Assembly (NCBI RefSeq): GCF_001017655.1
Contig: NZ_CP010904.1
Coordinates: 600,001 to 632,000, forward strand
Direction of reading: 5' to 3'
DNA: 32,000 nucleotides
From: Kiritimatiella glycovorans
Lineage (GTDB): Bacteria; Verrucomicrobiota; Kiritimatiellia; Kiritimatiellales; Kiritimatiellaceae
Translations under genes and position numbers: made by a program
Shown: positions 23,443 through 32,000 of the stretch, one piece after another
How positions within the stretch are numbered: the first letter of the stretch is position 1
Layout of the letters: the number at the start of each line of letters is the position of its first letter
The notes under the pieces: generated by a model
The model's input: the letters and a program-made list of their open reading frames with translations, nothing else
Told to the model about the DNA's origin: nothing
Database searches by the model: none

Positions 23443-24784
23443 GCAGGACCCTCACGGTTTCGGCGGCCCGGCGTTCGGCCGTCTCGCGGTCGAGGGCCTC
23501 GGAAATGACCCGGATAATGTTCTCGGTGCGCGAGAGCCGCGCATGGACCCACCCGTCCTCGAGGTCCAGGCGGATGCCGTCGGTGGTGTCGAGCGTCCCC
23601 GCGCCGGCCCCTCTCCAGCGGCGCTGCAGCGCGTCGAGTGCCTGGGTGCCGCGGGAATACGTGCAGCGCACGCGGCGCTTATCGATTCCGTAGCGCGGAA
23701 TGCCGGCGAGCAGTCCGCTCAGGGTGCAGTCGCGGACGGCCATCGATTCGAGAATGAGCAGGGTGGAGAGGATGCCGTCGAAATACGCTCCGTTCGAGGC
23801 CCGGGCGGCCCCGCCGCTGCCCTCGCCGCTGAGCACGGCCTCCTCGTCCTGCATGGACGAGATCACCCAGGCCTCGCCCACGCGGCTCTTCAGCAGCGGC
23901 GCCCCCGCCCGCGCACACAGGTCGTCCACCGTGCGCGTGGTGCACGAATTGGTCACCACCGGTCCGGGCGTCTGTTCCAGTACGTGCTGGGCGACCAGCG
24001 CGAAGGTGTACTCCTCGCTCGCCGGCTCCCCCGTTTCCGAGACCACCGAGAGCCGCTTGGCGTCGCTGCTGAGCACGAATCCGGCATCGGCGCCCAGCGC
24101 GCCGATGATTTCCGCCATCGGCAGGGCGCTGCGGGGCCTGGGTTCGGGTTCGCGTGCAAGGTAGCCCGAAGGCCGGCCGTTGATCGGGATCAGGTCGAGT
24201 CCGAACAGTTCCCTGAAACGGGGGAGGAGCGGGCAGGCGGCGCCGCCGACCGGATCGATGACCACGCGAAAACGGCGCCGGCGTATGCGTTCGGCGTCCA
24301 CCTGCGCCGCGAGGTGGTCCATGTAGCGGTCCATCCCCTCCGGGCGGTCCGAGATGGCGCCGAGACGGCACCAGTCCGCCTTGCGGAACTCGGAGGCGTG
24401 GAAGATGTCCAGCACGGCCTCGCCGCCCGAGGGGTCCAGGAAGGCGCCGTCGGCGCCGATGAGCGTGATCGTGTTCCACCCCTGGCGGTTGTGCCCGCCC
24501 GAGATCGACAGCCCCCCCGCCGCGCCGCATTCCTTTACCGCGAACTGGACGGCCGGGGTGGGGGCGACCCCGAGATCGATCACCTCGCAGCCGGCGCAGG
24601 TCAGGGCGGAGACGGCGGTGGCGTGGAACATGGGACTCGAGTAGCGGGTGTCGCGTGCGAGGACGATGCGGCCGCCCTCCGTGAGCGTGGCGAAGGCCGA
24701 GACGAAATCGGCCGCAAGATTCGGCGTGAGCGATCCGCCCACGTAGCCGCGCATGCCGAAACCGGCCAGCCTCAGCGTATTCAC
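23429..24784 (-). CDS. phosphohexomutase paralog with degenerate catalytic motifs
   Basis: Collinear with 22066-23442, but the loops read ISGGHNRQGWN (Ser to Gly), SSDAKRL (DxDxDR lost), SGEGSGG and RLSRTEN. GTG 24784 is preceded by GGGAGGA. Its 3' end overlaps the downstream paralog by 14 nt. Confidence 0.8.
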   Translation of the reverse strand: MNTLRLAGFGMRGYVGGSLTPNLAADFVSAFATLTEGGRIVLARDTRYSSPMFHATAVSALTCAGCEVIDLGVAPTPAVQFAVKECGAAGGLSISGGHNRQGWNTITLIGADGAFLDPSGGEAVLDIFHASEFRKADWCRLGAISDRPEGMDRYMDHLAAQVDAERIRRRRFRVVIDPVGGAACPLLPRFRELFGLDLIPINGRPSGYLAREPEPRPRSALPMAEIIGALGADAGFVLSSDAKRLSVVSETGEPASEEYTFALVAQHVLEQTPGPVVTNSCTTRTVDDLCARAGAPLLKSRVGEAWVISSMQDEEAVLSGEGSGGAARASNGAYFDGILSTLLILESMAVRDCTLSGLLAGIPRYGIDKRRVRCTYSRGTQALDALQRRWRGAGAGTLDTTDGIRLDLEDGWVHARLSRTENIIRVISEALDRETAERRAAETVRVLHEEL

Positions 24785-24932
24785 ATCCGTCCTCCCGGCG
24801 CGGTCAAACCTTTACCCGGCGTTCGTTCCCCCATTCAAAACCCACCATACGTGATCCTCTTATTCCATTGCAAACCCCGCCGGAGTCGTGTTTTCTAGGA
24901 GTTTCCGGAGCCCTGCGCCAGAACGGATTATT

Positions 24933-27194
24933 ATGAAGGTTCTTATTGCAGAAGACGACCCTGTTTCGAGGACCGTGTTGCGCCGCGTCCTCGAGCGGCT
25001 GGGTCACGAGGTTGAGATCACCTGCGACGGCGCGGAGGCGCTCGAGCGGCTGACCGCACCCGATGCGGCGCGGCTGGCGATTATGGACTGGATGATGCCG
25101 GAACTGGACGGGCTCGACGTCTGCCGCCGCGTCAAGAATCTCGGCAGCATGAACCCCGTCTACGTGATCGTGCTTACCGCCCGCCGCGAAAAGGAGGACC
25201 TGCTCCAGGCCTTCGAGGCGGGCGCCGACGACTTTATCTCGAAACCTTTCGACCAGGACGAGCTGGCGGCGCGGCTCCAGGTGGGGCAGCGCATCATCGA
25301 ACAGCAGTCGCTGCTGAGTTCGCTGATCGATTCGATCCCCGATCTGATCTATTTCTCCGACGGGTCGGGACGATGCCTCGGCTGCAACCGGGCCTTCGCG
25401 CGCTACGTCGGGCGGAATCGTACGGAGATCGTGGGTTCCCGGCCGCCGGACTTTTTCGACCGGGCACGCGCCGAGGAGTACCGGGAACTGCGCGAACGAA
25501 TCGAGCGCGATGAAGCCCCCAGCCGGTACTCCAAGTGGGTGACGTATCCCGACGGCGAATCGCGTCTGATGGATTGTGTGACGACCCCGTTTCACGGGCC
25601 GCACGAGGAGATGATCGGCTGGATCGAAGTGAGCCGCGACATCACGGAACGCCACCGCATCGACCGCGAACACCGCCGCCTCGCGGCCGTGGTCGAGCAG
25701 GCCGCCGAGGCGATCATGATCACGGACCTCGACGGGAATATTCAGTACGTGAATCCCGCCTTCCAGCAGCTCACGGGATATGCGACGGAGGACGCCGTGG
25801 GCTGCACGCCGAATATCCTCAAGAGCGGGACTCACGAAGACGCGTATTACCGCAAGATCTGGACCGCGCTCGAAAAGGGCGAGATCTGGAACGGACGGTT
25901 CACGAACCGCGGCAAGAACGGCCATTTTTTCGAGGCGGAGTCGGTGATCTTCCCCATCCGGAACCGGGAAGGGGAGATCACCAATTACGCCAGCATCATG
26001 AAGGACGTCACCCAGGAACTCCACCTCGAGGCCCAGCTCCGTCAGGCCCAGAAGATGAACGCGGTGGGTCAGCTCGCCGGCGGCGTGGCGCACGACTTCA
26101 ACAACCTGCTGATGGTCATTCGCAACAGCGCGCAGTTCGCCCTCGAAGGCAAGGAGTCCCCGGAGGAAGTCGAAGAAGATCTGACGGCGGTGATCGACGC
26201 CGCCAAGCAGGCGGCCACCCTCACCCGGCAGCTCCTGGCCTTCTCGCGCAAACAGGTGCTCTCCCCGCGCCAGCTCGACCTCAACGAAGTCGTGCTCGGA
26301 CTCGAAAACATGCTCCAGCGCGTCATTCCCGAGAATATCCGCATCCGCTACAACGTCGCCGAGGACCCCTGCCTCTGCCGTGTCGACCACGGCCAGATCG
26401 AACAGGTGATCGTGAACATGGCGGTCAATGCCCGCGACGCCATGCCCGGCGGCGGGACGCTGATCATCGAGACCCGGCACGCCCAGCTCTCGCGCCAGGA
26501 CGCGGAGGAATTCATCGAGTGGGAGGAGGAATGCACGGGGCGTTACGTTCTGCTGATGATCAGCGACAGCGGAGTGGGCATGGACCGCGACACCATGCAC
26601 CACATCTTCGAGCCGTTCTTCACCACGAAAGGGGTGGGCAAAGGCACCGGCCTCGGACTGTCCACCGCCTACGGGATTATCAAGCAGCACGGCGGGCATA
26701 TTTCAGTCTACAGCGAACCCGGCAGCGGGACGACGTTCAAGGTCTACCTGCCCGAGGTGCGCGAGAAGACGGAGACCGCCGGGCGGCAGGAACAGTCCGG
26801 AGATCTTCCCGGCGGCGGGGAGACGATTCTTATTGCGGAGGACGAGCCCGCCGTGCTCCATCTGGCCACCCGTATGCTCCGTCTGCTCGGCTATGAAGTA
26901 CTCGAGGCCCGCAGCGGGGAAGAGGCGCTCGAGGTGCTCGACCGCTACAAGGGCCACGTCGACCTCCTCTTCGCCGACGTCGTCATGCCGGGCATGGACG
27001 GCACCGAACTCGCGGGTAAGGTCAGCGAACGTTACCCCGATATCAGAGTCCTCTTCGCCTCGGGCTATTCCGAATTTCACGTCAAGGATCAGGGCATGAT
27101 TCACGACGAAAACGATCTCATCCAGAAACCCTTCGTCCTGGCCGACCTCGCCCACAAAATCCGCAAAGTCCTCGGCGCGCCGGATTCCGGGTAA
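24933..27194 (+). CDS. hybrid sensor histidine kinase (REC-PAS-PAS-HisKA-HATPase-REC)
   Basis: N-terminal receiver (LIAEDDP...IMDWMMPELDG), two PAS modules, H-box VAHDFNNLL, G-boxes GTGLGLS...GSGTTFKVYLP, C-terminal receiver (ILIAEDEP...FADVVMPGMDG). ATG 24933 gives the MKVLIAEDD start. Confidence 0.9.
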   Translation: MKVLIAEDDPVSRTVLRRVLERLGHEVEITCDGAEALERLTAPDAARLAIMDWMMPELDGLDVCRRVKNLGSMNPVYVIVLTARREKEDLLQAFEAGADDFISKPFDQDELAARLQVGQRIIEQQSLLSSLIDSIPDLIYFSDGSGRCLGCNRAFARYVGRNRTEIVGSRPPDFFDRARAEEYRELRERIERDEAPSRYSKWVTYPDGESRLMDCVTTPFHGPHEEMIGWIEVSRDITERHRIDREHRRLAAVVEQAAEAIMITDLDGNIQYVNPAFQQLTGYATEDAVGCTPNILKSGTHEDAYYRKIWTALEKGEIWNGRFTNRGKNGHFFEAESVIFPIRNREGEITNYASIMKDVTQELHLEAQLRQAQKMNAVGQLAGGVAHDFNNLLMVIRNSAQFALEGKESPEEVEEDLTAVIDAAKQAATLTRQLLAFSRKQVLSPRQLDLNEVVLGLENMLQRVIPENIRIRYNVAEDPCLCRVDHGQIEQVIVNMAVNARDAMPGGGTLIIETRHAQLSRQDAEEFIEWEEECTGRYVLLMISDSGVGMDRDTMHHIFEPFFTTKGVGKGTGLGLSTAYGIIKQHGGHISVYSEPGSGTTFKVYLPEVREKTETAGRQEQSGDLPGGGETILIAEDEPAVLHLATRMLRLLGYEVLEARSGEEALEVLDRYKGHVDLLFADVVMPGMDGTELAGKVSERYPDIRVLFASGYSEFHVKDQGMIHDENDLIQKPFVLADLAHKIRKVLGAPDSG

Positions 27195-27224
27195 CCCGCC
27201 CTCGCCACAAGAAAAAACGAATTC

Positions 27225-27368
27225 CAGCGATTCTCATTATGGCTTCACCCTTTTCGGTCGGGGTGGCACCCGACCCTCCCAATGCCCGAAAAGGCGTCGG
27301 ATATCGACTCGGGAGGGACGGCTGCCACGCCGTCCGCGGTCGGAATGCGGCCATAATGAGAACTGCTG
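27225..27368 (+). mobile_element. 144-bp MITE-like non-autonomous element, copy B
   Basis: 142/144 identical to 1611-1754 in the same orientation. Flanked by a perfect 9-bp direct repeat AACGAATTC at 27216-27224 and 27369-27377. Confidence 0.85.
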
Positions 27369-27439
27369 AACGAATTCGACAAGGGGTGGTTTTCACATTA
27401 TATTTCTATAAGTTACGGTTGCGATCCCCGGAGGTTGAA

Positions 27440-30400
27440 ATGAAGCACAAGTTTGCAGACGGGTTTTGTATAGCGGCGTGTGCGTTGCTCGTTTCCATGA
27501 CGGCGGCAGCCGCGCCGTGCGGTATGAGCGTGGAGGGCAGGACGGGTGCGGTTTGTGTCGATACGCCGCAGCCGCGGTTTTCATGGCGGCTGGACGAGGA
27601 AGGCTACGGGGTGCGCCAGACGGCTTATCGCATTCAAGTGGAGGCGGACGACGACGGGAGGACGGTCTGGGATTCGGGTCGCGTCGAGAGCGGTGAGCAG
27701 CTCTGGATCGAGTACGCGGGCCAGCCTCTCAAACCCTCTTCGGCCTATCGCTGGCGGGTGCGGACGTGGACCGGCGACGGGAAGTCCGGCTGGAGCGGCT
27801 GGGCATCGTTCGACACGGCCCTGCTCTCTGACGGAGGCTGGGAAGCGTCCTGGATTCGGGCTCCCTACGATCGATGGGCCGGGCGTTCCGGATTCCGCCC
27901 GTATGACCGCCTGCTCGATACACCGGAGATCAAGGCTCATGCCTGGGTTCCCGATGCCCCCTGGATCGAGACCTGGGTCGAAAAGGCCACACTCCATTCG
28001 CACCGCATCCCCAAAGAGAAACAGGCCGATTTCCAGCGCGACCGGCTCTATGAAATCCAGCCTGCGCCGATGTTCCGCAGGGAATTCCGCATTCACAAAA
28101 GAATACGCCGCGCTGTGCTCCACTACTGCGGGCTGGGGTTGGCCGAGTTCTACGTGAACGGCTCGAAAATCGGGAACACTACGTTTGACCCGGCGTTTAC
28201 CGATTACGACGAGCGTGCCCTCTACCTGAGTTACGACGTCACCGACGAGCTCCTTCCGGGCGTGAACGCGATCGGCGCGATCCTCGGCGAGGGCTGGTAC
28301 GGCCAGTCGCTGGCCTACGCCACACTCAAAGAGACCCCGCGCTACGGCGATCCGGGCCTGATCGCGCAGCTCGAGCTGATCTACGAGGACGGCACGCGCG
28401 AGCGGGTGGTCACGGATGATTCGTGGACTTGTACGCTCGAAGGGCCGGTGGTCAAGAACGGCATCTGGTGCGGCGAAGTGCATGACGCGCGGCGCGAAAT
28501 GGCCGGCTGGAGCGAGCCGGGTTTCGAGGGCGGCGAGGCCTGGACGGCCGCGAAGACGGTTGAACCGCTCTCGCCGCGCCTGGAGGCACAGAACGTCGAG
28601 CCGATCCGTGTGGTTGAAACCACGGAAACGAAATCGATCATGCACCCGAAACCCGACGTGTGGGTCGTCGATCTCGGCCGCATCCTGACCGGGGTAGTGC
28701 GTCTTAGGGTGGAGAACCAGCCCGCAGGAACGCCGATCCTGCTGACCTACGGCCAGTCGCTCGACCGCGACGGCACGGTCTACGGAACGGGACATATGTC
28801 CGTTACGGCGAACAACGCGGACCTGTATGTCTGCCGCGGGGATGCGGAGGAGACTTGGACGCCGCGCTTCACCTTCAACGCCTTCCGCTATGTGCAGATC
28901 GAGGGACTCATCGGCGAACCGCACCTGGAAACTATCAGCGGACTATTCACCTCGACGGACATGCCGGAGGCGGGGCGGTTCCAGTGTTCCGAGCCGTTGC
29001 TCAACGAGTTGCATCATGCGCTGGTGCGTACCGTGCAGGGCAATACGCGCCACATGTACTCCGACACCCCCACGCGCGAACGGACCGGCTGGATGACCTG
29101 GCCGAATGCGCGGGCGATTATGGACAATTTCAACTCCTACTCCTACTGGGATAAGTATATCGCCGACTGGCGCACCAGCGCCGGTCGCGCGCCGATCGGC
29201 GGCCATGCGAGCGCCTGGGGCAGCGACCGGGACCAGATCCGTTTTGATTCGGGTCGAAAGGGCGAGATCATGGAGAACGTCGGCCCCGGCATGGCCCCCG
29301 GCCGCCGATCCTCCAATATCCCCGAACAGCGCATCAGCAATGCCATGTACCCGTGGGAGACTTATGTGCGCTACGGCGACCGTAACCTGATCCGCGACCA
29401 TTACGAGATCGCGAAGGGGACGGTCGATCTGCTCGCTGAAACCCGTATCGAGGGGCTGGTTTTCTCCGCGGTCGGCGACTGGCACGATGCGGTGAAGGAG
29501 GATCTCAACATCGGTCTGCGCCGTGAGCGAGGCCTGGAGCGCGACGACACGTTCGGCCGGATCGGCGGCGGGTACCCGGTTCACACCCCCGGACGCATCT
29601 GCGGTACGGTCCACCTCTACCTAGCCGCCCGCGCCCTGAGTGATACGGCGGAGGAGCTGGGTAAAGCGGAGGATGCGGAAAAATACGACGCACTCGCGGA
29701 AGATCTCAAGGCGGCCTTCAACCGGGCGTACCTTGACCCGCAGACCGGCCGCTACTCGTATACTACGCCCGAAGGCAACACCTACGAGTCCCAGACCATG
29801 TACGGCTACGCGCTTTACCATGACCTGGTCCCTAAGGAAAAACGCGAACAGACCATGCGGAGGTTCCTGGAACATATCGCGGAATACGACGGTCACTTCA
29901 CCAGCGGCCAGCTCGGTACCGATCGCGTGCTGAAGGCGCTCACCGTCGGAGGCCACGAGGAGACCGCGATGAAAATGCTGACCGCCGAAGGCTTTCCGGG
30001 TTTTCGCTACATGCTCTCGTTCGGATCGGAGACGACCTGGGAGACATGGGGCGAGGCGGTTTTGAACGCGACCCCTGAAGGTTCAGAGCATATCATCCGC
30101 GCCAATCGTCCGCAGGAACACTGCCAGTGGACCGCCGTCGACACGTGGTTCTACGAATACGTGCTCGGCATCAGGCCGGATCCGGAGCAACCCGGCTACG
30201 GTCATTTCACGCTCAAACCCTACATGGTCCGCCAGCTCGAATCCGCCCGGGGCTCGTATGAGTCCCCGCGCGGACGGATCGTCAGCGAGTGGTCCTGCAG
30301 CAAAGGGGTGTTTGAGTGGACCGTCGAGGTACCCGCCAATGCTACGGCCACCCTCTACGCGCCCTGCGGCCGGGACGGCGTGAAGGTCGCCGAGGGCGAA

Positions 30401-30499
30401 GCGGGAATTCTCGATCGCGAAAAACCCGCGAACGGGCGGCAGAGACTGGAGGTCGGCTCCGGGCGCTACCGCATCAGCGCAAGTCTGCCCGGGGCATGA
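27440..30499 (+). CDS. alpha-L-rhamnosidase, GH78 family
   Basis: Signal peptide MKHKFADGFCIAACALLVSMTAAAAP. GH78 N-terminal pattern PRFSWRL...QTAYRIQV...VWDSGRVESGEQLWIEYAGQPLKPSSAYRWRVRTW. ATG 27440 is preceded by GGAGG. The track start at 27239 lies inside the MITE. Confidence 0.85.
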   Translation: MKHKFADGFCIAACALLVSMTAAAAPCGMSVEGRTGAVCVDTPQPRFSWRLDEEGYGVRQTAYRIQVEADDDGRTVWDSGRVESGEQLWIEYAGQPLKPSSAYRWRVRTWTGDGKSGWSGWASFDTALLSDGGWEASWIRAPYDRWAGRSGFRPYDRLLDTPEIKAHAWVPDAPWIETWVEKATLHSHRIPKEKQADFQRDRLYEIQPAPMFRREFRIHKRIRRAVLHYCGLGLAEFYVNGSKIGNTTFDPAFTDYDERALYLSYDVTDELLPGVNAIGAILGEGWYGQSLAYATLKETPRYGDPGLIAQLELIYEDGTRERVVTDDSWTCTLEGPVVKNGIWCGEVHDARREMAGWSEPGFEGGEAWTAAKTVEPLSPRLEAQNVEPIRVVETTETKSIMHPKPDVWVVDLGRILTGVVRLRVENQPAGTPILLTYGQSLDRDGTVYGTGHMSVTANNADLYVCRGDAEETWTPRFTFNAFRYVQIEGLIGEPHLETISGLFTSTDMPEAGRFQCSEPLLNELHHALVRTVQGNTRHMYSDTPTRERTGWMTWPNARAIMDNFNSYSYWDKYIADWRTSAGRAPIGGHASAWGSDRDQIRFDSGRKGEIMENVGPGMAPGRRSSNIPEQRISNAMYPWETYVRYGDRNLIRDHYEIAKGTVDLLAETRIEGLVFSAVGDWHDAVKEDLNIGLRRERGLERDDTFGRIGGGYPVHTPGRICGTVHLYLAARALSDTAEELGKAEDAEKYDALAEDLKAAFNRAYLDPQTGRYSYTTPEGNTYESQTMYGYALYHDLVPKEKREQTMRRFLEHIAEYDGHFTSGQLGTDRVLKALTVGGHEETAMKMLTAEGFPGFRYMLSFGSETTWETWGEAVLNATPEGSEHIIRANRPQEHCQWTAVDTWFYEYVLGIRPDPEQPGYGHFTLKPYMVRQLESARGSYESPRGRIVSEWSCSKGVFEWTVEVPANATATLYAPCGRDGVKVAEGEAGILDREKPANGRQRLEVGSGRYRISASLPGA

Positions 30500-30564
30500 T
30501 CTCCGTGCGATACGTTTCGGAAAACTGCGCACCGCGCCCATGTTTCCTGGGCGAGAATCGCACG

Positions 30565-30584
30565 GTCAAGTGCGCCGACTTGAC
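30565..30584 (+). terminator. hairpin downstream of the GH78 gene (weak U-tract)
   Basis: GTCAAGT (30565-30571), loop GCGCCG, ACTTGAC (30578-30584), followed by GGCGCTTATTC. Confidence 0.25.
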
Positions 30585-30681
30585 GGCGCTTATTCAACCA
30601 GACAGGCAGGCGTTCCGCTTCTTCCACCCGGAACGCAAGGAAACAGCCGGGTCCGGCTTCAAAAGAGGGAGGGATTGACTG

Positions 30682-31419
30682 ATGAAACGGCTCTGTATGA
30701 TCACGTGCATGATGGTGGTTTCGGCGGTGTCGGCGAGTGGGCCGGGGCCGGCGGGCAAACATCTTTTCATCCTCTCGGGTCAGTCAAACATGGCGAGACT
30801 TGATCCCGCAAAATCCTTTACGCCCACCGTGGAGGCAGCGTTCGGGGCAGATCGCGTGATCGTGATCAAGGATGCCATGGGAGGGCAGCCCGTCCGTCGA
30901 TGGTACCGGGATTGGGCGTCTGCCGACGGGGATTCTCCGGAAGAAAACGGCGACCTCTACGACCGCCTGATGTCGAAGGTCAGGCGGGCAATCGCCGGAG
31001 AGGAGATCATTTCGGTAACCCTGGTCTGGATGCAGGGCGAACGGGATGCGCGAGAGGCGTACGGGGATGTATACGAGGCGAGTCTGCGCGGTCTGATCGA
31101 GCAGTTCCGCGACGATTTGGGGAGAGAAGACATGAACGCGGTAATCGGACGTATTAATGATTTTGACCTTGAGAATCATCGCTATCCCCATTGGACCCTT
31201 GTGCGGTCCGCCCAGGTTGCGGTGGCGGAATCCGACTTGCGGGCGGCATGGGTGAATACGGACGATCTCAACAGCGGGATGAACCGGAAGGGCGAAGAGG
31301 TGTTCGACGATCTTCATCTGACCGTAAAGGGGTACGAAGAACTCGGTCGGCGTTTTGCGAAGGAGGCGATAGACCTGACTTCAACATTGCCCGAAAACGC
31401 GCTCGACCCCCCCCGGTGA
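30682..31419 (+). CDS. carbohydrate esterase, SASA/sialate O-acetylesterase-like (DUF303) family
   Basis: Signal peptide, then LFILSGQSNMARL (GQSN catalytic block) and LVWMQGERDA (W-x-QGE-x-D block). GAGGGAGGGA SD upstream. Confidence 0.7.
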   Translation: MKRLCMITCMMVVSAVSASGPGPAGKHLFILSGQSNMARLDPAKSFTPTVEAAFGADRVIVIKDAMGGQPVRRWYRDWASADGDSPEENGDLYDRLMSKVRRAIAGEEIISVTLVWMQGERDAREAYGDVYEASLRGLIEQFRDDLGREDMNAVIGRINDFDLENHRYPHWTLVRSAQVAVAESDLRAAWVNTDDLNSGMNRKGEEVFDDLHLTVKGYEELGRRFAKEAIDLTSTLPENALDPPR

Positions 31420-31486
31420 ACATTGAAGTGAGTTTTGAATCCGGGTGTCCCGGCGGAAAAATAACCCAATAACCTCAAAAACACCG

Positions 31487-32000
31487 TTACTCCAAAGCGC
31501 GTACTCGCTTCAGATCGCGTTCCAACTCTCGTGCCTTTTCCGGAAATTCAGGAAAAAGGTTGTTCCGTTGCCCGCGGTCCTCGTGCAGATCGTAGAGTTG
31601 CGTCGGTGTATCCTCGTCGCCGTCGTACCGCTTTATTCCGTTGCCGGGGTGGCTGAGCAGCGACCATTTTCCGCGCCGCAGCGCGAACTTGCCTCGGACG
31701 GAGGTCATCACGATCGCCCGCTCATCGCTGTTCGCGAGCGTGCCTTCGACCAGGGCTTCTCGAACATCGATCCCGTCCGTGAACTGGTTCGTGCACTCGG
31801 CCCCGCCCAGTTTCGTAAAGGTCGGATAGAGATCGACCAGCGAGATGACCGCATCGGACGCGGTGTTGGTCGGAATCGTACCCGGCCAGGAGGCGATGAA
31901 CGGGACCTTGACCCCGCCGTCGTAGTCCGAGGCCTTGCGGCCGCGCAGTCCCGCGGTGCAGTCGTGGCCGGTGGGCAGGCGCGGCCTGCGCGGCCCGTTA
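31487..32000 (-). CDS. sulfatase, C-terminal part (5' end outside the window)
   Basis: The minus frame is open to the window edge. Manual translation gives ...DYDGGVKVPFIASWPGTIPTNTASDAVISLVDLYPTFTKLGGAE...DGIDVREAL...RGKWSLL...QLYDLHEDRGQRNNLFPEFPEKARELERDL, a typical sulfatase C-terminus. The track lists only the last 74 aa. Confidence 0.8.
   Translation of the reverse strand, partial: NGPRRPRLPTGHDCTAGLRGRKASDYDGGVKVPFIASWPGTIPTNTASDAVISLVDLYPTFTKLGGAECTNQFTDGIDVREALVEGTLANSDERAIVMTSVRGKFALRRGKWSLLSHPGNGIKRYDGDEDTPTQLYDLHEDRGQRNNLFPEFPEKARELERDLKRVRALE

Noticed and set aside
27239-27439. N-terminal extension of the GH78 ORF, and minus-strand ORFs 27118-27396 and 1186-1740, running through the MITE copies
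   Set aside because: The open frames arise because the 144-bp element contains no stop codon in those frames. The GH78 signal peptide and GGAGG SD support ATG 27440. The ORF contexts differ completely outside the repeat.
30551-30559. GAGAATCGC, a 9-nt match to the MITE TIR core downstream of the GH78 gene
   Set aside because: A 9-mer match is expected by chance at roughly this frequency in a 32-kb window on two strands, and there is no flanking similarity.
31451-31463. Hairpin CCGGG-TGT-CCCGG between the convergent esterase and sulfatase genes as a bidirectional terminator
   Set aside because: It has only a 5-bp stem with a 3-nt loop. On the plus strand the adjacent run is A-rich, not T-rich. 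On the minus strand the T-run precedes the stem rather than following it. Evidence is too weak to call.

Overview
This is a high-GC bacterial chromosomal window (GC not computed). Its sulfatases and rhamnosidase-type glycoside hydrolases, scattered among housekeeping genes, suggest a polysaccharide-degrading, PVC-like organism; that is inference only. Gene order: radical-SAM fragment, nadE, a Bacillus-type long SRP RNA, dnaX-ybaB-recR, tandem-USP + BCCT transporter, SH3b protein, sulfatase, Gmk-like kinase + RlmD/RumA-like methyltransferase, DUF151 nuclease, gltX, hpt, NYN/YacP-like protein, GH106-like hydrolase coupled to pheT, two overlapping phosphohexomutase paralogs, a REC-PAS-PAS-HK-REC hybrid kinase, GH78 rhamnosidase, SASA-type esterase and a second (partial) sulfatase. 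No CRISPR, rRNA, tRNA, transposase or recognisable defence system was found. Four observations come directly from the sequence. (1) Two 142/144-identical copies of an unannotated 144-bp miniature inverted-repeat element have 19-bp terminal inverted repeats. Each copy is flanked by its own perfect 9-bp target-site duplication. One sits 10 bp upstream of the putative SRP RNA promoter and the other between the hybrid kinase and the GH78 gene; TIR-like relics occur in other AT-rich spacers. (2) dnaX is interrupted at an A10 run, so the conserved tau C-terminal domain is reached only by a -1 shift. This is either recoding or a homopolymer error. (3) A 105-nt thymine-free, purine-rich spacer lies between ybaB and recR, and recR has no canonical start codon for its conserved N-terminus. 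(4) One phosphohexomutase paralog has lost the catalytic Ser and the DxDxDR metal loop. All product calls rest on motif recognition by eye; no searches were run.
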